This document shows positions 1 through 10,148 of a DNA stretch of 64,000 bases, piece by piece; within the stretch, counting starts at the first letter, position 1, and every line of letters begins with the position of its first letter. The DNA is taken from NCBI GenBank assembly GCA_016192345.1, contig JACPUH010000021.1, forward strand, positions 58,523-122,522, in the 5' to 3' direction. The translations under genes and the position numbers were made by a program. The notes under the pieces are model-generated. The model was not told the origin of the DNA. It made no database searches and was given only the letters and a program-made list of their open reading frames with translations. This stretch comes from Ignavibacteriales bacterium (GTDB taxonomy: Bacteria; Bacteroidota; Ignavibacteria; UBA10030).

Positions 1-942
1 TCCAAAGGCCGTGTACCCGTAATCGAGGGAAAGTGAAAGGATTTCCAGTCCCGTAGCAACGCCGGCACCGAGCGAATAGGACTGTTCGTCGGCGTTGAGC
101 CGGTATCCGCCCCGTACGGCAAAGGTTTTGGACCAAACGTACTCAAATCCGAGACTGACGTTCTCGGAATTATCATTGGGGTGATTTAACTGCACGGACG
201 CCGTCAGGGTGTTGTATTCATTCTGAATCGGCTCGAAGGCGAAACCGAACTTGAACAGGGTCGGTGGAGAAAATTCCTGGAACTGGTTTACTTCGCCTCC
301 GCCGTAGAGTTGCGCCGTACCTTCCGGCGCGACCTGGTTTCCGAAATTGGATACCACGGCGGAGAAGCGGGAGGAGCCCAAACCGGTCCAGTAGTAGGTT
401 CCCAGATCGACCACCACCCCCCTCATCTTCAGCATATCGAGTGTTTCCTCAAAATACCGAACCGTCGCTCCAAAACTGAACTGGGGCGTAAGCTTCTTTC
501 CATACGTCACCCCGATCGCAAGATCGCTGAAGCGGAAGTACGTGCCGTTTCCGGTCGGGTGCACCTCCGTTGTCACGGGCATATCGTCCGTATGAAGAGA
601 GGTAAGGGAAAGCCCGATGGCATCCTCCGGCGACAGGCGGTACACGGCTCCGAGAAATTGGTGACGGACATCGACCAGCCATTGGGTATGCGACAGCACT
701 GCCTCATGCCCGTTAAATTGCGCGATGCCTGCCGGATTCCAATACAGGGCGGATGCGTCGTTCGCGACGGCGATGAATGTCTCACCCATGGCTGCGGCCC
801 TCGCTCCCACACCTATCTTCAGGAACTGGGCGGTCGAGGTGCCGGCCCGTTGCGCCCCGAGGACAGGGATCAACTGCGCGGCTGCCTCGCCCACGGGAAC
901 GATCATCAACAAAAGAAGGCCGACGATGTGCATTCTTCGCAT
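1..942 (-). CDS. PorV/PorQ-family (FadL-like) outer-membrane beta-barrel protein; 3' end runs off the window
   Basis: Minus-strand frame reads MRRMHIVGLLLLMIVPVGEAAAQ (signal peptide) then GARAAAMGETFIAVANDASALYWNPAGIA, which matches the PorV/PorQ signature GARxxxMGGAF...NPAG. The ATG at 942..940 overlaps the TGA of the upstream gene by 1 nt. No stop is reached before position 1. It is missing from the ORF track because it is open at the window edge. Confidence 0.6.
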   Translation of the reverse strand, partial: MRRMHIVGLLLLMIVPVGEAAAQLIPVLGAQRAGTSTAQFLKIGVGARAAAMGETFIAVANDASALYWNPAGIAQFNGHEAVLSHTQWLVDVRHQFLGAVYRLSPEDAIGLSLTSLHTDDMPVTTEVHPTGNGTYFRFSDLAIGVTYGKKLTPQFSFGATVRYFEETLDMLKMRGVVVDLGTYYWTGLGSSRFSAVVSNFGNQVAPEGTAQLYGGGEVNQFQEFSPPTLFKFGFAFEPIQNEYNTLTASVQLNHPNDNSENVSLGFEYVWSKTFAVRGGYRLNADEQSYSLGAGVATGLEILSLSLDYGYTAFG

Positions 943-3749
943 CAGAACCGTACTCCTAATCCTACAAGCACATTGCGCGGCGCCAAATAGCGCGCGGGGT
1001 TGAAGGGGTAGGGAGAGACCGGCGCCTGAAGATCGGGATACACCGGATCATTCCATGACGTGGGCGTCGGTTCTCCGAGTTCATAGGCACGGCCTGTTAC
1101 AGGATTTATGATCGCCGCGTTTTTCCGGTCAAGAACGTTCCGGATATTGATCGAAAGCAGCCAATCGAGCCCCAGAAGCGTGAAGTTCTTTTCAATATTG
1201 AGGTCGATCCAAAACCAATCTTCTCCAATGCCGGCAAGCCGGTCGTTTCTATCGAGAATATAATTGGGCCTGCCGTTGGTCGAAAGGAAACCGTCCTGAA
1301 TATAAGGGGTATAGCGTTTCCCGGATTGGAAAAAGGCACGAACATAGACCGAATAGTCGTCGAGGATTCCCTGGCCGAACCCAAACAGTGGTTGATCCTT
1401 CAGGACGTTAAACGTCGTGGTAAGATTGAACTGCAGGGGCCGATCCCACGTGACGTAGTTTTCCTTGATCGTTTCGTCCTCATCCCCCCGGGCGACAAGC
1501 AGCCCCTGGTCGGGTGATGAGCTTTTCCCGGTGGTGATGGAGTACGAGCCGGAAGCCGTTCCGCGGAACCACCGGCCGATACGCTTGCGGTACTCGAACT
1601 CGATGCCCCTTGAGCGTGCGTAATCCTGATTCACATACGTCACAAAATTTCCGGTCGAAAGCCGGGAGGAGGTGATGCGTGCCTGCCGCGTCGACACATA
1701 ATCAAAGATATCCTTGTAGTACGCCGTAACGGTGAGAACGTCGTCGCTCGAGAATTGGGTCTGGAGTCCCAATTCGTACGCGACGGTCGTTTCCGGATCA
1801 AGATCCGGGTTTCCGAACTTTTGAAATGTCGACTGCGCTGTGGCCGGGTCCAGCTTCGCATAGATGAACTGCGGTTTCGGCCGCTTGGAGAAATGGCCAT
1901 ACGAGAAAAAGAGCATCTGGTTTTCGGAAATGGGATGCGAAATGCCCACCCGCGGACTGATCCGCCCTTTCCCTCTCAGTCCGAACATGGAAAAGGTCTT
2001 CCGGCGATAGTCTTCCCTGATCTTGTCGGGGATGGTCGTTACATCGGGATTGTTCACCGCATCGTCTACGTATTTTCCCGGGAACCAATAGTCGAAACGA
2101 AGGCCGACGTTCAGGATCATTCCGCTGACGGTGATATTGTCCTGCGCGTACAAGGCCCCGAACCTGGGGGAGACTTTGTAGATGTCGTTATTCAAACCAA
2201 GCACGCCCACCCACGGCTGGTAAATATCGACATTTTGCATGTCCTGGAACGTTGTTTCGAGGCCCGCCTTGAACTTATTGTATTCGGAGAAATGCTTTGT
2301 GAGGTCGAATTTGATCGTGTTCTCGGTGACAAAATGGTCATGCCAGGTGAACCCGTTTCCATAATCCCACAATCCGTCACCCGGGATGATGCCGACCGTG
2401 TCGCGGTCCAGGTTGTAGTACTCGACCGGAAATGTGACGATGTCCTTGGGTTCACGATATTCCGAGTAATGCTTCCCGTTGGCATCAGCCCGCAAGCTCA
2501 CGAAATAGTGGGTGAGCTTGAGTTCGTAGAACAACGAGTTGGACAGGGTGTGAGTGATCCCCACGCTGAAAAACTGATTGTCGTGGGTATAGGTGTTTGC
2601 TTCGTCCAAAATGTTCCCGTATTCGTACTGATACCCCGGGCTCGGGTCGACGTATTCAAGGTTCGTTTGGAGCGATTGCGAATTCTGGTTGATCGCAACG
2701 GAGTGGTTATAGGAGAAATTCACGCGGAACAGGGACGATGGGCGCCACGTCAGTTTCCCGAGCAACAGCCAGTTGTTCTCCTGCTTGGGGGCGAACCTGC
2801 TTCCATGGAAAGTCGACGAAATGAGCTGGCGTGCGGCTTTGTTCGTGTACCCGTCCGAGAATGCTCCAACGAGACTCGTAAAGAACGTAACCGACCCGAG
2901 GTCTTTGCTGATAAGAGGAAACAAAAGGCCGCTTATCGGTTCGGGTCCGCTCAGGGTAAACTCGTAGGATTCCGAGTTGAAACTGTTAAGGAACCCATTG
3001 GATGCGCCTGGTTTATCCGTCTTGTATACCAGCCCCCCGCGGTACCGTTCTCCCCCTTCTTTGAGCGACACGTTGACCACACCGGAAGTTGCCTGGCCAT
3101 ACTCTGCATTGTAGCCCCCGGTAATAACTTCAATTTCTTCAACCACATCGGCACTCAACTGGAGACCGAATCCCGTCCCTGCCAGAGGATCCTGGACTGA
3201 CACTCCGTCCAGGAGGTACGCGTTCTCGTGAGAACGCCCCCCCCGGATGTGAACCTCGTTGTCGGTTTGCACCACACCCACCTGTTGCGTCACCACGTCT
3301 TTAACATCCACCACGGGGGTGGCTCGAAGATCCTCCGCTGTCACCGAACGGCGGCTTGATGTCTCATCGAGATTGAAGAGCGGCTTTTCTCCCACCACAA
3401 CAACCTCCTGTCCAAGCGACAGAACCGTTTCAGCCAAATCCTGGTTGACAATTGTTTCCTGCCCGGCAATGACTTTGACATCCGTCCTCTGAACGGTCGT
3501 GTATCCAAGGATGGTGAATTCCAGCGTGTAACTTCCCGGAGCCATGTTGGCAATGACGTAATTGCCATCCAAGTCGGCTGCCGCGCCGTAATAGGTTCCC
3601 TTGATCTTGACGTTGACCAACGGAAGTCCCTCTTTGGTCCCCGCGTCCCTGATTGTTCCGCGAATCACCCCCCTCTCCTGCGACAGCGCGGGTGAACCCC
3701 AGACGATCATCAGGGTAATCGCCGTCAGGAGGAGACGCAAGTGAGTCAT
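942..3749 (-). CDS. TonB-dependent outer-membrane receptor with N-terminal carboxypeptidase-regulatory-like domain
   Basis: Track ORF 942..3821 trimmed to internal Met MTHLRLLLTAITLMIVWGSPALSQE (signal peptide). The sequence shows a CarbopepD_reg-like stretch (GTIRDAGTKEGLPLVNVKIKGTYYGAAADLDGNYVI), plug-domain motifs, a long barrel and a C-terminal ...VGLGVRF aromatic terminus. About 935 aa. Confidence 0.85.
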   Translation of the reverse strand: MTHLRLLLTAITLMIVWGSPALSQERGVIRGTIRDAGTKEGLPLVNVKIKGTYYGAAADLDGNYVIANMAPGSYTLEFTILGYTTVQRTDVKVIAGQETIVNQDLAETVLSLGQEVVVVGEKPLFNLDETSSRRSVTAEDLRATPVVDVKDVVTQQVGVVQTDNEVHIRGGRSHENAYLLDGVSVQDPLAGTGFGLQLSADVVEEIEVITGGYNAEYGQATSGVVNVSLKEGGERYRGGLVYKTDKPGASNGFLNSFNSESYEFTLSGPEPISGLLFPLISKDLGSVTFFTSLVGAFSDGYTNKAARQLISSTFHGSRFAPKQENNWLLLGKLTWRPSSLFRVNFSYNHSVAINQNSQSLQTNLEYVDPSPGYQYEYGNILDEANTYTHDNQFFSVGITHTLSNSLFYELKLTHYFVSLRADANGKHYSEYREPKDIVTFPVEYYNLDRDTVGIIPGDGLWDYGNGFTWHDHFVTENTIKFDLTKHFSEYNKFKAGLETTFQDMQNVDIYQPWVGVLGLNNDIYKVSPRFGALYAQDNITVSGMILNVGLRFDYWFPGKYVDDAVNNPDVTTIPDKIREDYRRKTFSMFGLRGKGRISPRVGISHPISENQMLFFSYGHFSKRPKPQFIYAKLDPATAQSTFQKFGNPDLDPETTVAYELGLQTQFSSDDVLTVTAYYKDIFDYVSTRQARITSSRLSTGNFVTYVNQDYARSRGIEFEYRKRIGRWFRGTASGSYSITTGKSSSPDQGLLVARGDEDETIKENYVTWDRPLQFNLTTTFNVLKDQPLFGFGQGILDDYSVYVRAFFQSGKRYTPYIQDGFLSTNGRPNYILDRNDRLAGIGEDWFWIDLNIEKNFTLLGLDWLLSINIRNVLDRKNAAIINPVTGRAYELGEPTPTSWNDPVYPDLQAPVSPYPFNPARYLAPRNVLVGLGVRF

Positions 3750-3750
3750 G

Positions 3751-5280
3751 TTATGGAATCCCGAATTCATCCTTGTATACCTTCCGGAGCAGGGCCGCCG
3801 CATTGTCGGGCGGGGTTCCAAACCTGTGAAGAATCAATGAGAGCATGACAAAGCTGGGTTGGTCCGCATCCTTAACACCCATAATCGGTTGACCGGCCCA
3901 ACGCGGGGACGCCTGCATGCGATACAGCACCCTCGTGTTCACTTTGGGGATGACACCACGGGGAAAGGCGTAGATCGTGCCAAGATTGTCCCGTACCAGC
4001 GTCGGGTAAGCCGGATCAAACGACGTCTCGACGGTATCGCTGGCATTCAACCGGTTGGTGAAGAAGCTTGGCTCGACATTTTCGATGGGAGCAAAATCCA
4101 CCAAGCTCCCCTGTCCGCTCACATTTTCCGGCAGACCTGCGCTGAACATCACCTTCCCTCCTGCTTTCACAAATTCAGGCAGACTGGATTGGGCGATCTC
4201 AAGGCTCGGCGAATTATCGGAATACCAGAAAATGTACTTGAAGAGCTTGATCGATTCCGTAAAAGTCGGGTTGATCAGCGGTGGCATATTGTCCCCGCGT
4301 TTGATCGCCGTTGCCCCCTTCTTGATATCCCAAACATCCCGGGATCCGAGCCTTCCCCCCATCAACGTATCGAACATCGTTTTATAAAAAGAGGTGGAAA
4401 AATCAGAGGGCAAATAATCGTCCACAATGAGAAAATCGCCTTTGGGATGCCGCACATACCATGTACGATTTTCATCCGGCATGCGGATCGTTGCACTGTA
4501 GGCGCCGGCAACATCCTTGGCCTTCAGGTAAAACACATGCAGGCCTTCCGGCAGGGACGCGGACCGATAGGTAATGGGATCGGCCGGAGTGATCGCTTTG
4601 TTGTGGAACAAGGTGACGCGATTGAAGGATCCGGGCAGGGTCTGCCAGGCACCCGCTGCCATGGTGTCGTCAACCGCAACATAGAACGAATCGATGGTAC
4701 CGTTGCCATCAAAATCCGTCGCATTCCACTGAAATGTAGCGATCGGATAGGTGGTATCGGGGACGTTGGCGCTCAGGAGGAACGACACGACCGGCGGTGT
4801 ATTTTGGATCGGGTAACGAAGCTTCGCTGGGGTCGGATCGACCAACCCGAGGTCTGTATACGGTTCCCCTTCGTCCCACCGGTTATTGGTATTTTGATCA
4901 ACGTACGGTTCCGCGCCCCAGGGCCCGGCTGCATCGTAACGACCGTTGCCGCTATTATCGATCGCGGAGACAAAGAAGGAATAGGTCGTGTCCGTGGTAT
5001 TCAACCGGAGAGCAAAGAGGCTGTCATTGCGGAGGGTGAAATGCCACGACAGGCTGTCGAAGGAAAACACGAATCCCACGACGAAACCGTCTTCGTCCGC
5101 TCCCCACCACCGAATATGTTGCTGGCTGCTCGTACGGCGGAGCAAAACGTCGGGCTGGAGAGAAAGATACGTTTCGGGTGTCTTGTTTTCAAGGGGCTCA
5201 TTGACGAATCGTTCGGAACACCCCTGCCAAAACACCAGGAACGCGAACGTCAGTATCGGGAACCGGGTCAATAGGCGCAT
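3751..5280 (-). CDS. hypothetical lipoprotein, translationally coupled upstream of the TonB-dependent receptor
   Basis: 509 aa. N-terminus MRLLTRFPILTFAFLVFWQGCSE gives a signal peptide and lipobox Cys. Its stop lies 2 nt from the receptor start. I recognise no enzymatic motif. Confidence 0.6.
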   Translation of the reverse strand: MRLLTRFPILTFAFLVFWQGCSERFVNEPLENKTPETYLSLQPDVLLRRTSSQQHIRWWGADEDGFVVGFVFSFDSLSWHFTLRNDSLFALRLNTTDTTYSFFVSAIDNSGNGRYDAAGPWGAEPYVDQNTNNRWDEGEPYTDLGLVDPTPAKLRYPIQNTPPVVSFLLSANVPDTTYPIATFQWNATDFDGNGTIDSFYVAVDDTMAAGAWQTLPGSFNRVTLFHNKAITPADPITYRSASLPEGLHVFYLKAKDVAGAYSATIRMPDENRTWYVRHPKGDFLIVDDYLPSDFSTSFYKTMFDTLMGGRLGSRDVWDIKKGATAIKRGDNMPPLINPTFTESIKLFKYIFWYSDNSPSLEIAQSSLPEFVKAGGKVMFSAGLPENVSGQGSLVDFAPIENVEPSFFTNRLNASDTVETSFDPAYPTLVRDNLGTIYAFPRGVIPKVNTRVLYRMQASPRWAGQPIMGVKDADQPSFVMLSLILHRFGTPPDNAAALLRKVYKDEFGIP

Positions 5281-5338
5281 GCGAATTATAACGGGAAGGA
5301 GAGCGCAGGTGCCTCTCCTTCCCGCAAACGGATCGTGA

Positions 5339-7579
5339 TTACTTCAAGAGCACCATTTTTTTGGCGGTCATGAAATCACTCACCCTGAGTTGATAGATAT
5401 ACACACCGGTGGAAAGCCGCGACGCATCGAACGTCGCCACAAACGTTCCCGCCATTTGGTCTGCATTGACGACCGATGCGACTTCCTGGCCAAGGACATT
5501 GAACACCTTTAGGGTGACCCTGCCGGGAACCGGGATGGAATACCGGATCGTCGTACTGGGATTGAAGGGATTCGGATAATTCTGGCTCAGCTCAAAATGA
5601 CCGGGGACGAGATCAACGGTTTCGACGCTTGTGACCGTCCCGAAGTCGTCATCCTTGCGCGGCTCGAGTTTGTAGAAGCTGAACGAATAGTCAAGGATTC
5701 CGCGTAGGAATGACAACCGTGCCCTGTAGGGAATGAGAATGGCATTGGAAGGCTTCGCCGTATAGGAGGCTGACGTGTCGGCGTAATATCTGTTGACTCC
5801 ATTGTCATCCACCCTCAATCCGAACGTTGTGGTGGCGCTGCTGCCGATGAAGAACTCGCCAAAATTACTCCCCGAACCGTTGTTGGGATTATCGGCGTTC
5901 CTTCCAACGATATACGGGTTGTTGATGTTTACCAGCACACCCTCCCACTGTTCGAACGTGGCGTTGCCGTCGACCGGAGGATTACTTAAGGAATAACTGA
6001 CCGATCCGGATCCCGATATGGAGACTGTGGTTGGTCCGGGAACAGTTTTATTCCTCGCATGGACGGTCTTCGAGAGAACCTGGATTTCCGTCTTAGAGAA
6101 GTTCTCCCGCAGGATCCCGGTGACCGTAACACTGTCTCCGCGGGCCAATGTATCAGCACGCACGCCGGCACCATTCCCATAGATCGCCACTCCCTTCCAC
6201 GCACCTGCCGATTCGGCGATATAGAGCCGGGGATTTGAAACTGTTTCCTTGAGATCAGTCGTGTCGGCCGTGACAACGCCCGAGACCGTGACCGTGTCGC
6301 CAACGAAACCCGGTCTTCCGTTGACGTACGGAGTATATTGAAGGTCATACACTGTCAGACCGCTGTTGCGGACCCGATAGAAATAGGGTACGGTCGCGTC
6401 GGGGAATGTCCCGGTGGATCCTTCAGAACCGTACGCTTCGGCGTAATAGCTGACGAGACTGTTATTTGCCTGTGCCGGGATCTGAGCGCGATACAGGGAG
6501 TCTCCAACCGCCAGCGTGAGCTTCAACCGCGTGAAGGTTCCGCTGTCCACCTTGTAGTACAGGGCTGCGCTGTCGATCGTCGCGCCGGTATTGAGGTTCG
6601 ATGCTTTGAACGTCACGCTCACGGAGCTGCTGGAAAGAGGAAGCCCTGGTGAGCGCGTGAGCCCGGTGATGCTCGGTGCAAACTTGTCAATAACCATGTC
6701 GCCCGCGTAGGTGGACCCATTCAACTGACCCGGTCCCGGGTACAGCGGCATGATCGTGTAGTCGCCCGCTGTTCCAGTCCTCGCCTGTGGAATGATGATC
6801 CCGCGGATATAGCTGAGCTTGGTACCAACGGGGGGCGCCGTATAGCGCGAATTGGAATAACGATGTCCACGGAGCGTATAGTATCCTGAGCCGTCATACA
6901 TCTGCATCTGGTTCCCCGCGGCATCGACGAACGTGAATCTTCCCGAGGAAAGGTCGACCGAATTGACCGTGACATTCCGAATGACTACGTACATCCCCTC
7001 GTATTTTTCCCCCCGCGACGGGCGAGGTTGCGTACCGACGGCAAAGCTATCCACGGCAAGCTCAAGGGGGGCGGGGCGTGAACCGCTCTTGACAATCTCC
7101 ACGGCCACCGGGCTCGTGAATGCCGGCGCCGAGGTCGAATAGATATACATCTCCGTGAGGCTGTTGGGCTGGTTACCGAATTCCAATGCACGCCCCACAA
7201 TCGTGATAACGTCGCCGGTATCGATTGCCGTAATTTGAGTTGTTTGAGCGGCATCGGAGGTGTCGTTTGTTAGGACGTTCAATCCCGCATAAATCGCCCC
7301 CGTCGTCGTGTCCTGGATGAAGATATTGTACCGGGCGAGCGTATAGGTGAGAATTCTGGGCTTTACCAGGACGACCCCCGTTACGCGAACCGTGTCGTTG
7401 TCCCGGACGAATTGTGTATCATCCAGAAGTGTCGACGCAGCACTTTGCTGTTGGTCCATTTTGACCAAGGAATCGATCGGCACGATATTGAGTTGGGGGA
7501 TAGTGACATTTTTCTGCGCGGAGGCAAGAGAAACGATGCCTGCCAGGCAGAAAACGGTTAACAGTAGATGTGTTCTCAT
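5339..7579 (-). CDS. secreted protein with T9SS C-terminal sorting domain (Por_secre_tail)
   Basis: 746 aa with signal peptide MRTHLLLTVFCLAGIVSLASAQ. The C-terminus NYPNPFNPSTTIRYSIP...GVYIYQLRV...KKMVLLK matches the type A T9SS CTD (TIGR04183-like). Confidence 0.75.
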   Translation of the reverse strand: MRTHLLLTVFCLAGIVSLASAQKNVTIPQLNIVPIDSLVKMDQQQSAASTLLDDTQFVRDNDTVRVTGVVLVKPRILTYTLARYNIFIQDTTTGAIYAGLNVLTNDTSDAAQTTQITAIDTGDVITIVGRALEFGNQPNSLTEMYIYSTSAPAFTSPVAVEIVKSGSRPAPLELAVDSFAVGTQPRPSRGEKYEGMYVVIRNVTVNSVDLSSGRFTFVDAAGNQMQMYDGSGYYTLRGHRYSNSRYTAPPVGTKLSYIRGIIIPQARTGTAGDYTIMPLYPGPGQLNGSTYAGDMVIDKFAPSITGLTRSPGLPLSSSSVSVTFKASNLNTGATIDSAALYYKVDSGTFTRLKLTLAVGDSLYRAQIPAQANNSLVSYYAEAYGSEGSTGTFPDATVPYFYRVRNSGLTVYDLQYTPYVNGRPGFVGDTVTVSGVVTADTTDLKETVSNPRLYIAESAGAWKGVAIYGNGAGVRADTLARGDSVTVTGILRENFSKTEIQVLSKTVHARNKTVPGPTTVSISGSGSVSYSLSNPPVDGNATFEQWEGVLVNINNPYIVGRNADNPNNGSGSNFGEFFIGSSATTTFGLRVDDNGVNRYYADTSASYTAKPSNAILIPYRARLSFLRGILDYSFSFYKLEPRKDDDFGTVTSVETVDLVPGHFELSQNYPNPFNPSTTIRYSIPVPGRVTLKVFNVLGQEVASVVNADQMAGTFVATFDASRLSTGVYIYQLRVSDFMTAKKMVLLK

Positions 7580-7641
7580 ACAAACTCCTTTCTGGAGGTG
7601 GTGAGTGTGAATAGTGATGTCACATCAAAAGACTTGAATTG

Positions 7642-9681
7642 CTATTTGATGACCAAAAATTTTCCCCGTTGAATATCACCGGTCTCCCTGTTTTGGACGG
7701 TGAAGAGATATAATCCGGTAGCGATCGCCTGGTCGTTCTGCGTGATGAGGTCCCACGCATGCTCGCCCCCGGCGAACTGTTGCGATCCGTCTGAAAACCG
7801 CTGGAACCAATTGATGTCGCTTCCATTATAACCTGCAGCTTCATGCTCGAATTGGTCGATAACGTCGCCGGCGAGAGTGTAGATGCGGATCTCGGCGCGC
7901 GGTGGAAGATTATAGAAGTACAGCTTTCGATCGCGTTCTCCGAAACCATCCCAATACGCACGTGCATAATAGGGATTGGGGTACACGCCGACGTTCACCC
8001 CGGGTTGTTCCGCGGGAGGAGTTCCGGGCAAAACCCGGCGAAGAGTTTGAATCCGGCTGCTCTCCAAACTTTGGAGACCCGTGTTGGAGTCGCCGGAGTC
8101 GAAGGCGGTTACGGCAAAGCCGTATTGAAATCCGTTCAATAACCCCTTCACGGAAAATTTGTACCAGTACCGTGTCGTGTCCGGAGGAAACGTCATCGGT
8201 GCTGCAAGCCGAACGGAACCGAATCCGGTATTGTAGCCGATTTGCCCCACCGGCGAGTCAAATTCACCGAGGACATTCAGGTTCCCAAGCAGATCCTGGG
8301 AAACTGTGAGGTCGGCGCCCGTTCTTGTTCCGTAAACACGGTACCCTTCGAAATCCTTTTCATTGGAAATGGGGTCGACCGATGCCTCAGAAGACCGGTC
8401 CCAGTAAACGTCTACCCGTTTATCTCCCGGCAAGACTTTAACTCGCGGCGGTGTTGGGGGGGATGGGAGAAAATAGCGCTTTGGTTTTGCGTTGTCCGTC
8501 CAAACCTCGTCGCCATCCTCCACTCCGTTCCCGTTCCGGTCTTCACCGTTGTAGGTGCGCTGCGCCCAGTCGGACGCCTGATAGAGGTACACTTTCTGCG
8601 CGGGAGAATCATCCGTTGTCGGCGTTGAAGATTTCTTCTTCGCAGCGATCAGAGCGAACACAACATTGACCGAATCGCCGCCGGCAATCCTGCTGAACGG
8701 CCCGACAGTCACCATGGACATGAAATTACTCGGCTTGGGAATCCCGGCGATCTGGGCGGGTGCAAGTCCCAAGGCCATCTTGTCATATTTGGCAACATCC
8801 GTTGGGGGAGAGAAATATGTGGGATCCGAGGTATTCCGGAATTGCCAGGCCTGGTATCCCGTAGAGTTTTTAAACGGTGTGGAGCCGAGGAACTTCATCG
8901 CCGCGTAGTTGTCCGCAAGGCCGACGTCGCCGTTGTAATCGTAGGCATAGGCCATGTTCAGGGTATCGATATAGCCCAACCCTCCCTTGTCATAGAACGG
9001 TGCCCCAACGGTCGGCGGAGTGACATTCGTATTGCGGACCACCAGGTCAGCCCAGAGTGAAACGTGCACGCTGTCCAGCGGGAATGAGTTCAGGTTTTTG
9101 ATCCAGTAGTTGAAAATCACAAAATTGTCGGCGAACGAGAAATTGAAAGCGTACGTCTCCAGATGAACATTGATATTGAGGGGATTGTGATTCGGGATCG
9201 GCTCGTTGTTTTGATTGGGGTTGGTCGTATTCACATCGGTGAAATCCGCAATGAAATCCTGGTGACTGATCGCATCGGGAGCATAGAATCGGTTGTCGGC
9301 AAGCGACGAGCGTTCGATCACACGGGAATCCACCCCGGTGGTGAACTCGAACCCTTCGGACACACTCCGGAGGGAAGGTACATCGACGGCGCCGGTGGTG
9401 ACGCGAATGCCATTCGGCGTCACCCCCCCCACCCACAATCCGCCGACGAAACAATGTTCGATTCCCGATCCGCGGGGATATTGCATGGAAGGCTGTTGCG
9501 GCCAGAGGCGAAATCCGTGACCGAACACGCCGTAATTGGAAATCGTGATGGAAATGTTACCGACATTGGTGAATTTCGAGTTGTCGTCGCCCGCACTCTT
9601 GGAGACGGAATGACGTTCCTGGGCCATAGCGATGAAAGAGAAGAAGAGTATCCCGATACGTAGTCCACGCAGGCGCATCAA
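7642..9681 (-). CDS. secreted protein with T9SS C-terminal sorting domain
   Basis: 679 aa with signal peptide MMRLRGLRIGILFFSFIAMAQE. The C-terminus ...GVYPNPYYARA...GLYLFTVQNRETGDIQRGKFLVIK is CTD-like. Confidence 0.7.
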   Translation of the reverse strand: MMRLRGLRIGILFFSFIAMAQERHSVSKSAGDDNSKFTNVGNISITISNYGVFGHGFRLWPQQPSMQYPRGSGIEHCFVGGLWVGGVTPNGIRVTTGAVDVPSLRSVSEGFEFTTGVDSRVIERSSLADNRFYAPDAISHQDFIADFTDVNTTNPNQNNEPIPNHNPLNINVHLETYAFNFSFADNFVIFNYWIKNLNSFPLDSVHVSLWADLVVRNTNVTPPTVGAPFYDKGGLGYIDTLNMAYAYDYNGDVGLADNYAAMKFLGSTPFKNSTGYQAWQFRNTSDPTYFSPPTDVAKYDKMALGLAPAQIAGIPKPSNFMSMVTVGPFSRIAGGDSVNVVFALIAAKKKSSTPTTDDSPAQKVYLYQASDWAQRTYNGEDRNGNGVEDGDEVWTDNAKPKRYFLPSPPTPPRVKVLPGDKRVDVYWDRSSEASVDPISNEKDFEGYRVYGTRTGADLTVSQDLLGNLNVLGEFDSPVGQIGYNTGFGSVRLAAPMTFPPDTTRYWYKFSVKGLLNGFQYGFAVTAFDSGDSNTGLQSLESSRIQTLRRVLPGTPPAEQPGVNVGVYPNPYYARAYWDGFGERDRKLYFYNLPPRAEIRIYTLAGDVIDQFEHEAAGYNGSDINWFQRFSDGSQQFAGGEHAWDLITQNDQAIATGLYLFTVQNRETGDIQRGKFLVIK

Positions 9682-10148
9682 TGGGTGTGTTCTGAAAAAA
9701 AGAAGGAGAAAAACGCCGGGAAAAAGTACCGGTCAATATATATACTTTTGGGAGAGAAGCAACGAGGACCTGTAACTTTTTTGTTACGCCTGTGTAAATT
9801 TCCGTGATGGAACACAAATGAACCTTGCGATATTTCCGGAAGGACCCCTTCCGGAAATGGGTCGATCACTTCATTATTGCTGGAAAACCTGCCGGGGCTT
9901 CCCCAAGGGCGCGCCAGGAGCGAGTTTGGAACATTTTTTTAGACCGACCTGGTTTGCGGGGAGATTGCTCACTCACGGAATTCCATGGACCCTTGACGAA
10001 TCAACCCGATCTTACGACAGCGGATTCCCGGGGGGCGTTCCGGTATCCGACCACTGCCAGAGTTCCCCCTTTTTTTAATCTGTCGCCATGTTTTATAGAT
10101 AACGCTGTACCGCTGTTGTTCGGAATGAAGAAAGGCCGGTTATTGTTT

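Noticed and set aside
310-990. 226-aa plus-strand ORF at the window start
   Set aside because: It is Arg/His-rich with no coherent motifs, and it lies antisense to a well-supported PorV-like reading frame that is continuous to position 1. It is typical spurious long ORF in high-GC DNA.
1755-3200. 481-aa plus-strand ORF
   Set aside because: It is entirely antisense to the TonB-dependent receptor gene and has no domain-like motifs.
3859-5274. 471-aa plus-strand ORF
   Set aside because: It is antisense to the lipoprotein gene. Its composition (R/G/I-rich) and lack of motifs indicate a shadow ORF.
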